In this document: one piece after another, positions 34,604 through 44,311 of the stretch
How positions within the stretch are numbered: position 1 is the first letter of the stretch
Layout: the number at the start of each line of letters is the position of its first letter
Source of the DNA: Acidimicrobiales bacterium
GTDB lineage: Bacteria > Actinomycetota > Acidimicrobiia > Acidimicrobiales > SZUA-35
Length of the DNA stretch: 64,000 nucleotides
Reading direction: 5' to 3'
Assembly (NCBI GenBank): GCA_013003535.1
Contig: JABDIY010000097.1
Location: forward strand, 11,970 to 75,969
Notes under the pieces: model-generated
Told to the model about the DNA's origin: nothing
Databases searched by the model: none
The model's input: only the letters and a program-made list of their open reading frames with translations
Position numbers and translations under genes: made by a program

Positions 34604-35413
34604 ATGCACGCTGACAGCTCAGATTTCTTGCTCTTCGGTCCGCTCACAGCATCATGCGCTGGCCGACCGGTTCGGTGCGGCGGAAAGACCGAGCGGGCGG
34701 TCCTCGCCACGCTGCTTCTTCACCCTGGCCGACCAGTAGATGTTGACACCATGGCCCAATGGGTGTGGCCGCTCTCCCGCCGACCGGCGGATCCTTGTCA
34801 CGCCATCCAAACGCACATCATGCGATTGCGCCGCCATCTCGGCCGAGATGCCGTTGCCACCGACGGTCACGGCTACCACACCACCAATCGACGCGACCAA
34901 GTGGATGTTCATCGTTTCGAGTTCGCGGTGCACCAAGCCGAGAACCAACACCGACGGGGCCAGACCGATGAGGCAATCGAGAGCTACACCTACGCCCTCC
35001 AGGTAGCTGGCTCTGGCACCCCCCTCCCCGACTTGACCAGAACGCCAGCCGGGAGGGGCCGACAGGCAGAGCTTGCCGAAGCTCGCCTCAACGCTCAAGA
35101 GCAGCTGGCAATCCTGCAATTCATTCAAGGTCGACCCAATGTCGGGGAGTTGGAGCGACTCGCCCTCATGGAGCCGTTCCGGGAAATGCGCTGGATCGTG
35201 CTCATCCATGCTCTCTGCGGCGCAGCCCGTCACGTGGAGGCTCTTCGCTTCTGTCACTACGCTGCCGTGCAGCTCAAGACGGTTGGACTTACCCCTAGCC
35301 GTGGGCTTCAGGAAATCGAACAACTGGTCCTCAACCGTGATGAAGGACTCGGAAGCCCCACGGCAATTCGAGAATTGACCACCGCATCAGGGCCAGGGTT
35401 GGGTCCCAACTGA
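34604..35413 (+). CDS. SARP-family transcriptional regulator (OmpR-type winged helix + BTAD)
   Basis: FLLFGPLTASCAGRPVRCGGKTERAVLATLLLHPGRPVDVDTMAQWVW (wHTH) followed by a BTAD-like helical region (ALQVAGS...EPFREMRWIVLIHALCGAARHVEALRFCHYAAVQL). 269 aa. Confidence 0.75.
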   Translation: MHADSSDFLLFGPLTASCAGRPVRCGGKTERAVLATLLLHPGRPVDVDTMAQWVWPLSRRPADPCHAIQTHIMRLRRHLGRDAVATDGHGYHTTNRRDQVDVHRFEFAVHQAENQHRRGQTDEAIESYTYALQVAGSGTPLPDLTRTPAGRGRQAELAEARLNAQEQLAILQFIQGRPNVGELERLALMEPFREMRWIVLIHALCGAARHVEALRFCHYAAVQLKTVGLTPSRGLQEIEQLVLNRDEGLGSPTAIRELTTASGPGLGPN

Positions 35414-35506
35414 CCGGAATAGCCGGCGCTTGGTGGATGGCGGCTTGGAGAATGCCTCATCCCGCTGGCCAACTCACCATCGGCCGGCACGTTACGCTTC
35501 AGACCC

Positions 35507-36703
35507 ATGGCACAACGCTCTTCACCGTCGTCCGCTCACGAACAGACCATTCTGGTGACGATCTCGGGTATCGACCGGACAGGTATCACCGCTGGTGTAA
35601 TGGACGTGATAGGAAGTGCCGGAGCTGATGTGGAGGACGTTGAGCAAACCATCACCCGTGGCCGACTCTCGCTCTCCATCGTGGTGGTCGTGCCGCCCGG
35701 TAGGGACCTGGTGAAAGAACTCCTTCTGTTCGGCTGGGAACAACAGATGGACGTGGACTTCGAGGTGGTCGACAGCACACCCACACCCCGAGCCCAGGGT
35801 CAGATCGTGACGCTCGTTGGACGCGAGATCCATCCCCTCGAATTCGCCGCAGTAGCCGCGATGTGTGCCCGAGCGGGCGCCAACATCGACCGGATCACCC
35901 GCATCGCCCGATACCCCGTCATGGCGTACGAGCTCGTGGTCCGGGGTGGTCACGCCGAAGAGTTACGGCGCAACCTTCTGCTGGCCGGCCGAGATCTGCG
36001 CTGTGACCTGGCCGTGGTCCCCGAAGGTTTGGGGCAGCGAGCCACGCGGCTGATCATCATGGACGTGGACTCCACCCTCATCCAGAACGAGATGATCGAC
36101 ATCCTTGCGTCCGAGGCCGGGCACGAAGCCGAGGTTTCCGCGATCACCAGCCGAGCGATGGCCGGGGAACTGGACTTCACAGAATCGCTGATCGAGCGAG
36201 CGAAGTTCCTGGAAGGTCTGGATGAGGGCGTGTTCATGCGAGCCCGGGCCCAGATCAAACTCACTCCCGGTGCGGCCACGTTCATTCGAACCCTCAACGC
36301 CCTGGGCTACCGCACGGCGATCGTCTCTGGCGGATTCACCGCAATTGCGGATTCCCTTGCCGACGATCTCGGAATCGATTACGCATTTGCCAACACGCTG
36401 GAGGTCGTGGAGGGGCGGTTGACCGGTCGTGTTATCGGCGACATCGTGGATCGCCAACGTAAGGCTGAACTGGTTCACGAGCTTGCTGCCAAAGAAGATA
36501 TTTCGGTGGATCAGGTGGTTGCCATAGGCGACGGTGCCAACGACCTGGCGATGCTCAACATTGCCGGATTGGGAATTGCCTTCAACGCCAAGCAGGTTGT
36601 GCAAGACGCTACCGACACCGCTTTGAACGTTCCGTATCTCGATGCCATTCTGTACTTCCTCGGCGTTCGACGAGACGACATCGAGAACGCCGGTCTGGCC
36701 TGA
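35507..36703 (+). CDS. serB: Phosphoserine phosphatase with N-terminal ACT domains
   Basis: ACT-like ILVTISGIDRTGITAGV. HAD motifs IIMDVDSTLIQNE (DxDxT), SGGF and GDGANDLAM. Confidence 0.9.
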   Translation: MAQRSSPSSAHEQTILVTISGIDRTGITAGVMDVIGSAGADVEDVEQTITRGRLSLSIVVVVPPGRDLVKELLLFGWEQQMDVDFEVVDSTPTPRAQGQIVTLVGREIHPLEFAAVAAMCARAGANIDRITRIARYPVMAYELVVRGGHAEELRRNLLLAGRDLRCDLAVVPEGLGQRATRLIIMDVDSTLIQNEMIDILASEAGHEAEVSAITSRAMAGELDFTESLIERAKFLEGLDEGVFMRARAQIKLTPGAATFIRTLNALGYRTAIVSGGFTAIADSLADDLGIDYAFANTLEVVEGRLTGRVIGDIVDRQRKAELVHELAAKEDISVDQVVAIGDGANDLAMLNIAGLGIAFNAKQVVQDATDTALNVPYLDAILYFLGVRRDDIENAGLA

Positions 36704-37131
36704 TGATGGCGCTCCCGGTCCAGAGCGCAATCAAGGTACGATTCGCCGAACTGGACCCCTACGGCCACGTGAACCATGCCATGTACTTCACCTATCTGGA
36801 ACAGGGAAGAGCAGAAGCGCTGGAAGCGGCGGAACTACACCTCGATCGCGTTGCAGCAGAGGGCTTCCAGTTCGTGGTCACCGAAGTTGAAGCGAAATTC
36901 CTCGTTCCGGCCACCGCGGTGTTCCCCATCGTGGTGCACACCACCATCGAGGACTTGAGACGAGTGTCGGGCGTGTGGGTCCAGGAGATCACCAGCCCGG
37001 ATGGCAACATAACGTACCTGACGGCACGCATCAGGGCCGGTGTGACCAATCGAGAGGGTCGACCCACCAAACCGGCAGCCTGGATCGCTGAAGGTCTGCA
37101 ACGGTTGGTTGTCGCCACCTCGGAGGCGTAA
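36703..37131 (+). CDS. Acyl-CoA thioesterase (4HBT/YbgC-like hotdog fold)
   Basis: RFAELDPYGHVNHAMYFTYLEQGR. 142 aa. TGATG overlap with serB. Confidence 0.8.
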   Translation: MMALPVQSAIKVRFAELDPYGHVNHAMYFTYLEQGRAEALEAAELHLDRVAAEGFQFVVTEVEAKFLVPATAVFPIVVHTTIEDLRRVSGVWVQEITSPDGNITYLTARIRAGVTNREGRPTKPAAWIAEGLQRLVVATSEA

Positions 37132-37133
37132 CA

Positions 37134-38153
37134 ATGGCGATCACCCACAACCGTGATTTCGAGCCGCACTATGGGAAATGTGTCTGGGTGGCGCCAGCGA
37201 TTCGTCGGGTCGTTGCCCAGAACCCCAATGCCTTTACATTCACCGGAACGGGCGTCTATTTGATCGGGACGGGTGATGTGGCCGTCGTGGATCCCGGACC
37301 TAGCCTGCCCGTGCACCTCGACGCCATCGAAGCGTGCCTTCTGCCGGGCGAAACGATAACCCACATTTTGGTCACCCATACCCACACCGACCACACCGCC
37401 GCCGTTCCAGACCTCGCTACACGAACCGGAGCCCACACCTATGGTTTTGGTCCCCATGGTCCGGTGAGTTCCGACGATCCCTTGGAGCGGCTCGATTTCA
37501 GTGACCACATCTCCCCTGAAGAGGACGCCGCTTTCGCGGCAGAGTGGGCCGACCTACCTGAGGAGCTCAAACGGGAGGGCCCAGACACCACTTTTGTGCC
37601 CGAGGTAGTTGTGGGGCACGAACCGGCTGACTCAAAAGGGGTCAGCGGTCTGCTCACCGCTGCCAACTGGACGGTACAGGTCATCCATACGCCCGGGCAC
37701 ACCAGCAACCATCTGTGTTTTCGTCTATTGAACGACGGCACCGGGAAGAGCGCCCTATTCACCGGTGACCATGTGATGGGCTGGGCAACGTCGGTGATCT
37801 CCCCACCCGACGGAGACCTATTCGCATACCTCGCCAGTCTCGAGCGGCTTCTCCTGGGTTCGGACGATTACTACCTTCCGACCCACGGGCCGGTCATCGA
37901 CGATCCGGCTCCTTACGTGCGTTCGATCATTGATCACCGCAACGACCGAACCGAACAGATCGTCGACCTTCTGGCCGGTGGAACCCACAGGGTTGTGGAC
38001 CTCGTGCCACAGATGTATGCCGATGTTGACAAGCGGTTGTGGCGAGCTGCGGGCAACTCGGTCTATGCCCACCTTCTGGCTCTGGCCAAGGAAGGACGAG
38101 CCGAGGGTGCCAACGGGACGACGGCCATCACGGCCTCCTGGCATCTCACATGA
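37134..38153 (+). CDS. MBL-fold metallo-hydrolase
   Basis: HILVTHTHTDHTAA (HxHxDH), later HTPGHT and a GDHV motif. 339 aa. Confidence 0.8.
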   Translation: MAITHNRDFEPHYGKCVWVAPAIRRVVAQNPNAFTFTGTGVYLIGTGDVAVVDPGPSLPVHLDAIEACLLPGETITHILVTHTHTDHTAAVPDLATRTGAHTYGFGPHGPVSSDDPLERLDFSDHISPEEDAAFAAEWADLPEELKREGPDTTFVPEVVVGHEPADSKGVSGLLTAANWTVQVIHTPGHTSNHLCFRLLNDGTGKSALFTGDHVMGWATSVISPPDGDLFAYLASLERLLLGSDDYYLPTHGPVIDDPAPYVRSIIDHRNDRTEQIVDLLAGGTHRVVDLVPQMYADVDKRLWRAAGNSVYAHLLALAKEGRAEGANGTTAITASWHLT

Positions 38154-38923
38154 ACATTCGACCCGAAACCGAGGTCATAAGGTTCGTCGGCGGCTCCGCA
38201 GCCACACTCACCGGCGTTTTACACCGGCCGCCACAGCGGGCAAAAGGGGCGGTCCTGATGGCTCACTGCTTCACCTGTTCAAAGGACATCCACACCATGA
38301 CGCGCCTGGCCAAGGCGCTCACCGACGCCGGGTACGCAGCGTTCCGGTTCGACTTCACGGGAAGAGGCGAGTCCCAAGGTGACTTCGCCACCAAAACCCT
38401 CAGCGGGAATGTCTCCGATGTGGTCCGGGCCGCCACGACCCTGATTCAAATGGGCTTCGGCCCATGCGCCATCGTGGGTCACAGCCTGGGCGGGGCGGCT
38501 GTACTACTGGCGGCATCTCGGATCAAGACCTTAGAAGCGGTGATCACCATCGGTGCCCCGTCAGATGCTGGCCACGTGAGACACCTCTTCGCCGAAGACG
38601 AGGAGAAGCTACTCGCCAACGGTCGAGCTGTGGTCACGATTGGGGGCCGCACCTTCGAACTCGACGCCGGGTTCGTTCACGACTTGGAGACGCACGACGT
38701 CCTGGAGGCCGTGGCCTCGCTCAGCACGCCGTATCTAACGATTCACGCCGAGGATGATCTGACGGTGCCGGTGACCGAGGGCGAAGCGCTCCATGCTGCC
38801 GCCCCGGAGCCGAAAGAGTTTCTCCGCTATGCCACCGGCGGCCATCTCTTCGCAAACCGTGCCGCCGCCGATCTCCTGGCCGCCGATCTCGTCCGCTGGC
38901 TGAACCAAACGTTGGCTGACTAG
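38150..38923 (+). CDS. Alpha/beta hydrolase
   Basis: Trimmed to MNIRPETEV... (ATGA overlap). AHCFTCSKD and the nucleophile elbow GHSLGG. Its TAG stop shares the tetranucleotide CTAG (38920-38923) with the stop of the convergent gene. Confidence 0.75.
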   Translation: MNIRPETEVIRFVGGSAATLTGVLHRPPQRAKGAVLMAHCFTCSKDIHTMTRLAKALTDAGYAAFRFDFTGRGESQGDFATKTLSGNVSDVVRAATTLIQMGFGPCAIVGHSLGGAAVLLAASRIKTLEAVITIGAPSDAGHVRHLFAEDEEKLLANGRAVVTIGGRTFELDAGFVHDLETHDVLEAVASLSTPYLTIHAEDDLTVPVTEGEALHAAAPEPKEFLRYATGGHLFANRAAADLLAADLVRWLNQTLAD

Positions 38924-39864
38924 CCAAGGGCGGCCACGGCATCGGGGACCGTGGAAACGAACGAAACCTTGTCCCAGCCCGGTCGCTGATTCCTCTGATG
39001 ATCTGTGAAGACCTGCTCCAGGGTTGGACGCACACCGTTGACGTCCCAGTAATCGGGTTGCCGTTCGGGCGAGAGGAAGACCATAGGACTAGGCGACCCA
39101 AAGGTCTCATAGGCGTTTTGGGCGGCGTCTTGAAAGATCTCTTGAATGGTCCCGGGCCCACCGGGAACAAAGACGATGCCTGCGGTGGCGATCGCCAGCA
39201 ATCCGTCCTCGCGCTCGGAGTTTCCGAAATATTTGGCGATCGCAGTAGCGAAAGCGTTGGATGGCTCGTGGCCGTAGAACCAGGTTGGGACCGCGAGATT
39301 TTGCACGGGGTCAGGGATCTCCTGAGCGACTGCGAGCCCCACGCCAACGAAGTGGTCGGGATCGTCAGCAAAGCTTGGCGCCACGGCGAGCAAATCAACC
39401 AGCTCGCCTCGCCGAGTGTTGCTGAGCTCCGACGCTGCGGCACCCAAGTTGGCGGCCTCCATGGCGCCAGGCCCACCCCCGGTTGCAACGCAATAACCCG
39501 CTTGCGTTACAGCTGCGCCCAGTTCAACGGCACGGCGGAACGGTTCAGATCCACGAGCGAGATGATGACCACCCATAACTCCAACGATCGATCGGCCGTG
39601 ACGGAAGGCATCGAGAGCCACCGTAATGCCGTGATCGTGCAGGCGCTGGGCCAGAGCTTCGGCCGGTGGAACCGTCTGCATGTTGGCGTGCCGAGCCCGC
39701 CGGTAAATCAGTTGATCGATCGATCCAGTGAAGGGGTGCTCACCGGTCGCGTAGAGATCGGTCGCAGTGTAGAGGTGGTGGGGCGTGGGATCGTAGGGGA
39801 GTTCGCCGAGACTGCGATACAGGCCCTCGACCAGATCGTCGACTTCGTCTCGCCAGCTCTCCAT
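38920..39864 (-). CDS. LOG-family (TIGR00730-like) Rossmann-fold nucleotide-binding protein, long form
   Basis: GGGPGAMEAANLGA and PGGPGTIQEIF motifs. 314 aa with an extended N-terminus. Confidence 0.7.
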   Translation of the reverse strand: MESWRDEVDDLVEGLYRSLGELPYDPTPHHLYTATDLYATGEHPFTGSIDQLIYRRARHANMQTVPPAEALAQRLHDHGITVALDAFRHGRSIVGVMGGHHLARGSEPFRRAVELGAAVTQAGYCVATGGGPGAMEAANLGAAASELSNTRRGELVDLLAVAPSFADDPDHFVGVGLAVAQEIPDPVQNLAVPTWFYGHEPSNAFATAIAKYFGNSEREDGLLAIATAGIVFVPGGPGTIQEIFQDAAQNAYETFGSPSPMVFLSPERQPDYWDVNGVRPTLEQVFTDHQRNQRPGWDKVSFVSTVPDAVAALG

Positions 39865-39875
39865 GAACGACGACT

Positions 39876-40772
39876 CTACGGCAGGGCTTGGCCTTCTGAG
39901 AGCTGTATGAGGGCATAGACATCTTCGCGATCCAAGCTCACCGTCACCGCCGCGGCCTGTTCTGCGAGCCGGTCCGGACTCTGCGAACCAAGGAGCGGCA
40001 CCGCCCGGGACGGGTGGGCCAGTACGAACGCTACGGCGATAGCGGCTCGGGAAACGCTCTCTCGATCGGCCAACTCGTCCATTTTCGCCACAAGGTCAGC
40101 GTTCAGCCCTTTTCCTGTTGCTAGGGCCCCGCCACCGAGCGGGCTCCACGGCATCGGCGTGACGCCTTCGCGCATACAGCGGTCCAGAACTCCGTTACGC
40201 ATGGGATCGAGGTGGGTGATCGAATACTCCATCTGGTCCGTCACCAGCGGAAAGTCGAGAAACCGCTGCAGCGCATCTGACTGATGAGCTGCGTAGTTGG
40301 ACACTCCGAACTCTGCAACCTTGCCCGCCTCGCGCAAGGCGGTGAGTGTGCCGGCGAGTTCTTCGGGGTGCGTGTACATATCCGGCCGATGGATCATGAA
40401 AATGTCCACCCGATCAACCGAGAGACGCTTCAAGCTGTCATGCACTGCGCCGGTGAGGTACTCCCGACCTGAGTTATATGGGAGCGGCGGTCGAATGCCG
40501 CCTTTTGTGGCCAGAACCATGCGGGCTCGAAGGGACGGGTCAGCCGAGATGATCCGACCCAAGATCGCCTCGTTCTCACCGAATCCCTGACCACCCCAGT
40601 CATAGCCGTAGACATCGGCACAGTCGATCAGATTGATCCCGAGGTCCAGGGCCGCATTGAGTATGGCCGCCGCCTCATCCACCCGGTCATTGGTGAATCG
40701 CCAACAACCAAACCCGACTGGTCCCACCTCGAATGGACCGATTCGCCGCTGTTCAGTACTGATCAAGCTCAT
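39876..40772 (-). CDS. Aldo/keto reductase
   Basis: GFGCWRF, DCADVYG and LATKGG motifs. 298 aa. Confidence 0.85.
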   Translation of the reverse strand: MSLISTEQRRIGPFEVGPVGFGCWRFTNDRVDEAAAILNAALDLGINLIDCADVYGYDWGGQGFGENEAILGRIISADPSLRARMVLATKGGIRPPLPYNSGREYLTGAVHDSLKRLSVDRVDIFMIHRPDMYTHPEELAGTLTALREAGKVAEFGVSNYAAHQSDALQRFLDFPLVTDQMEYSITHLDPMRNGVLDRCMREGVTPMPWSPLGGGALATGKGLNADLVAKMDELADRESVSRAAIAVAFVLAHPSRAVPLLGSQSPDRLAEQAAAVTVSLDREDVYALIQLSEGQALP

Positions 40773-40796
40773 GATTGAATCGTAGGTGAGTTGCGC

Positions 40797-41297
40797 TCAA
40801 AACAACGTCTGATCGGTTGCACCCTCGAGCGTCAAGAGCCAGCGCTTGGCGTCCAACCCACCGGCGTATCCGGTCAGCTTTCCGTTGGATCCGATCACCC
40901 GATGGCACGGCAAAACGATGCTCACCGGGTTGGAACCATTGGCCGAAGCGACCGCCCTGACCGATGAAGGTCGGCCGAGGCGTTGCGCTTGTTCGCTGTA
41001 GGTCACGGTTGTTCCGTACGGGATAATGGAGAGAGAACGCCAGACGCTGGTCTGGAACTCAGTGCCGCGAAGATCGAGCGGCAGGTCGAACTCGGTGCGT
41101 TCGCCCGCGAAATACTCTTTGAGCTGTTGTTTTACAGCAGCGGTCGCCGCATTTTCCTGCTTGACTGCCTCGCTGAAAACCCATCGTTCGTCGTCTTTCC
41201 AAAGAATGGCGACGAGTCCTACGTCGCTGGCCACGATCTCCAGATCGTCAATTGGTGGAGGCAGGTGGAGGTCTGAGACGTACAGATCGGCGGTCAT
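40797..41297 (-). CDS. ogt: Methylated-DNA--protein-cysteine methyltransferase
   Basis: IPYGTTVTYSEQA... and the active site VLPCHRVIGSNG. 166 aa. Confidence 0.9.
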   Translation of the reverse strand: MTADLYVSDLHLPPPIDDLEIVASDVGLVAILWKDDERWVFSEAVKQENAATAAVKQQLKEYFAGERTEFDLPLDLRGTEFQTSVWRSLSIIPYGTTVTYSEQAQRLGRPSSVRAVASANGSNPVSIVLPCHRVIGSNGKLTGYAGGLDAKRWLLTLEGATDQTLF

Positions 41298-42772
41298 GAC
41301 GGTTTCCCTTCGAGTTCATTGAGATAGAGGTTCCAGAGGTGGTGCATTGCATACGAGCGCCACGGACGCCATCGGTCGGCGTGCTCCTCGAGCCCGCCTG
41401 CGGAGTAAGGAATGCCCAACCTTTCCGCCTGCCTCAGCAATGCCAGGTCGCTTGCGCCGAAGGAATCGGGTGCTGCCAGCGCCTTGGCCGCCACCACGTT
41501 GGCCGTCCATGGCCCGATGCCCTTCACGGCCAGGAGCGCCGCTTCTGCCTCGGCTCGATTAGCCCACGGGGAGAGATCTACTTGACCCTGATCGATGGCA
41601 GTGGCCACCGCCACCACGGCGGTCGCCCGACTCTTCGGCAGCCCTAGCTCGGACGGGTCCAGAGCAGCCCACTGAGCGGCCGAGGGAAAGACAAACTTGA
41701 CCCGGCCTACCGAATTCTCCAGCTTCAGTCCGTGGGCGGCCACCAGCCGAGCGGCCATCGCTTTGGCACTGGCCAGCGAGACCTGTTGATGCAGGACAGC
41801 CCGCACGGCGGCATCGATCCCATCCACTTCGCCCGGCGAGCGGAGCCCGGGTGTGGCCGTCATCAGGCCAGCCATCAGTGAATCATCTTTCAGGTCACCG
41901 GCGATCACGGCTGGATCGGCATCGAGGTCCAAGAGCCTTCTCATCCGGTTGATGGCCCGGGGCAGATCCGACAGTGACGAGAGTCGAAAACGGGCCGGGA
42001 GAACCGATCGATCCTGGGCCTCGAGATCTACCTCAGCGATGGCTGGACCGCCGTCGAGGCGAAGCGAACGCCGGTAAGTGGTGCCATCCACCTCCTCCAC
42101 CCCGGCAATCGCATGCAGACTCAACCAGCGAAGGAGTTCTTTGTGTGCCAGGGGTGCACGAAATGGAAGGTTGACGGACAACCACTCCCCCGCTTCTCGC
42201 ATACCGGGTCGCCCTCGGCCGCGGCGCATCTCGGTTGGCGAAGCGGCAAACACTTCTCCCATGGTGTGATTGAATTGCCGAATGCTGTTGAAGCCGGTGG
42301 CAAATGCGATGTTGGTGAACGGAAGTGTGGTGGTCTCGATGAGAGCACGCGCGGCCCGAGCCCGCCGGGCCCGAGCGAGCGATTTCGGGCCGGTGCCCAC
42401 TTCTTCGGTCAAGATTCGTTGGAGGTGGCGAGGACTGACGGCCAACTCGTTTGCCAACCCTCCGACACCGTCTCGATCTACGACACCGTCTTCGATTCCG
42501 CGCATCGCCCGGGCGACGAGATCATCGCGCCGATTCCATTCGGGCGAGCCCGGCGTGGCATCGGGCGAGCAGCGTTTGCAGGAGCGGAACCCCGCTTGTT
42601 GGGCTGCCGCCGGCGTGGGAAAGAACCTCATGTTGGCCCGCTTGGGTCGGACCGGGGTTGGACACGATGGTCGACAGTAGATCCGTGTAGAGGTGACTCC
42701 CACGGTGACCCAGCCATCGAAGCGCGCATCCCGACTCTCCACCGCCCGCATCCATGCTTCTCGCGCTTCCAT
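41294..42772 (-). CDS. alkA: Fused Ada-type regulator (Zn-binding N-domain + AraC HTH) / DNA-3-methyladenine glycosylase II (AlkA)
   Basis: The N-terminal DGWVTVGVTSTRIYCRPSCP...FRSCKRCSP cysteine cluster, AraC HTH (FNSIRQFNHTM) and a C-terminal HhH-GPD glycosylase region (LLAVKGIGPWTANVVA). It overlaps ogt by 4 nt. Confidence 0.85.
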   Translation of the reverse strand: MEAREAWMRAVESRDARFDGWVTVGVTSTRIYCRPSCPTPVRPKRANMRFFPTPAAAQQAGFRSCKRCSPDATPGSPEWNRRDDLVARAMRGIEDGVVDRDGVGGLANELAVSPRHLQRILTEEVGTGPKSLARARRARAARALIETTTLPFTNIAFATGFNSIRQFNHTMGEVFAASPTEMRRGRGRPGMREAGEWLSVNLPFRAPLAHKELLRWLSLHAIAGVEEVDGTTYRRSLRLDGGPAIAEVDLEAQDRSVLPARFRLSSLSDLPRAINRMRRLLDLDADPAVIAGDLKDDSLMAGLMTATPGLRSPGEVDGIDAAVRAVLHQQVSLASAKAMAARLVAAHGLKLENSVGRVKFVFPSAAQWAALDPSELGLPKSRATAVVAVATAIDQGQVDLSPWANRAEAEAALLAVKGIGPWTANVVAAKALAAPDSFGASDLALLRQAERLGIPYSAGGLEEHADRWRPWRSYAMHHLWNLYLNELEGKPS

Positions 42773-42835
42773 GACCCCAGTCTGCCTGGAGGGGTGAACC
42801 GTTCCTAGCGGAAATCCGACATCTCGGCGGCCGAG

Positions 42836-44311
42836 TTACTCGGAGTACATGGAGATGTCGTGGGGATGACTTTCGCGCAGACCAGCCCCCGTGATCTTGG
42901 TGAGCCGGGTATTGTCCTGGAGGTCGGCGAGCGTGGCAGCCCCGGCGTAACCCATCCCGGACCGCACTCCGCCCACGAGCTGGGTGACCAGCTCGGTCAA
43001 GGCGCCGGCATAACGAACCCGGCCCTCAACCCCCTCAGCAACATGCTTCTGGGGAGCGATCCCAACCGCTGGGGTGCCGGTGCCGTACCGGTCGGCCGCC
43101 CGTCCTCGCATGGCACCGGCCGAGCCCATGCCGCGGTAGGTCTTCCACATCGCTCCGTCAACCAGCTCCAGTTGCCCCGGGGCTTCATCGCATCCTGCCA
43201 GCGCATTTCCGAGCATCACCACATCAGCACCGGCCACGAATGCCTTCACGATGTCGCCACTGGAGACAACACCGCCGTCGGCGATGATGGGCACACCCAG
43301 TTCTCTACCCGCCTCAACACATTCGAAGATGGCGGTGACCTGCGGCATGCCGGCCCCGGCCACGATTCGGGTGGTGCAGATAGAGCCGGCTCCCACGCCA
43401 ACCTTGACTGCATCTGCTCCGGCGTCAACCATCGCTTCCACTCCTTCACGGGTCACGACATTCCCACCGACCACGGGCAAATCCGGCCACCCCTTTTTGA
43501 TCGTGCGGATCGCCTGCACAACGCCGCGCGTGTGCCCGTGCGCAGTATCGATCACCACCATATCCACCCCGGATTCAGCCAACGCCTCGGTTCGCTCCGC
43601 AACGTCGGTCACGCCAACCGCAGCCGCTACTCGGAGACGGCCGCGATCGTCCAGTGAGGCATTGGGCTTTTCGATCCGCTTGGTGATGTCTTTCACCGTG
43701 ATGAGGCCGGTGAGTCGACCCTGACCATCTACGAGTGGCAGCTTTTCGATGCGATGCTTGTGAAGAATCTGGACTGCTTCGTCAAGTTCGGTTCCGGCCG
43801 GGGCGGTTACGAGACCGTCCGAGGTCATGAAATCGGTGACCGGTAACCCGAACTCGTCCTGTCCACAGAACCTGATGTCGCGGTTGGTGAGTATCCCCTT
43901 CAGTACCCCGTCCTCGTCACAGATTGGCACACCGCTGATCTTGTGACGGTTCATCAGGACCTCTGCGTCAGCCAAGGTACTGGAAGGTGGAAGCGAGATG
44001 GGAGATGTGATCATGCCGCTCTGGGCCCGTTTCACCTGATCGACCTGAAAGGCCTGATCCTCTATGGAGAGGTTGCGGTGGAGGACACCGATACCACCCT
44101 CCCGGGCCAAGCCGATGGCCAGGGGAGCCTCGGTGACCGTGTCCATCGCCGCCGACATGAGCGGTGTAGCCAGCCGGATGCCGCAGATCGAGGTTGCGAT
44201 GTCCACCTCGTGCGGGAGTACCTCGCTCCAACCGGGGACGATAAGTACGTCATCGAACGTGAGAGATTCGAAGGAGTCGAAAATGCGAGCGTTTACTTCA
44301 CGGGCGGTCAT
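42836..44311 (-). CDS. guaB: IMP dehydrogenase
   Basis: FDDVLIVPG, tandem CBS region and the catalytic loop [12 protein letters not shown]. 491 aa. ATGA overlap with purN. Confidence 0.95.
   Translation of the reverse strand: MTAREVNARIFDSFESLTFDDVLIVPGWSEVLPHEVDIATSICGIRLATPLMSAAMDTVTEAPLAIGLAREGGIGVLHRNLSIEDQAFQVDQVKRAQSGMITSPISLPPSSTLADAEVLMNRHKISGVPICDEDGVLKGILTNRDIRFCGQDEFGLPVTDFMTSDGLVTAPAGTELDEAVQILHKHRIEKLPLVDGQGRLTGLITVKDITKRIEKPNASLDDRGRLRVAAAVGVTDVAERTEALAESGVDMVVIDTAHGHTRGVVQAIRTIKKGWPDLPVVGGNVVTREGVEAMVDAGADAVKVGVGAGSICTTRIVAGAGMPQVTAIFECVEAGRELGVPIIADGGVVSSGDIVKAFVAGADVVMLGNALAGCDEAPGQLELVDGAMWKTYRGMGSAGAMRGRAADRYGTGTPAVGIAPQKHVAEGVEGRVRYAGALTELVTQLVGGVRSGMGYAGAATLADLQDNTRLTKITGAGLRESHPHDISMYSE

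Noticed and set aside
33803-35413. A secondary-metabolite biosynthetic cluster around the SARP regulator.
   Set aside because: There are no PKS, NRPS, terpene, RiPP-maturase or tailoring genes within at least 10 kb on either side. The neighbours are modABC and serB.
38721-39488. A 255-aa ORF in an alternative minus-strand frame over the LOG-family gene.
   Set aside because: It overlaps the frame that carries the GGGPGAMEAAN and PGGPGTIQE motifs. It is Pro/Ser/Arg-rich with no motifs.
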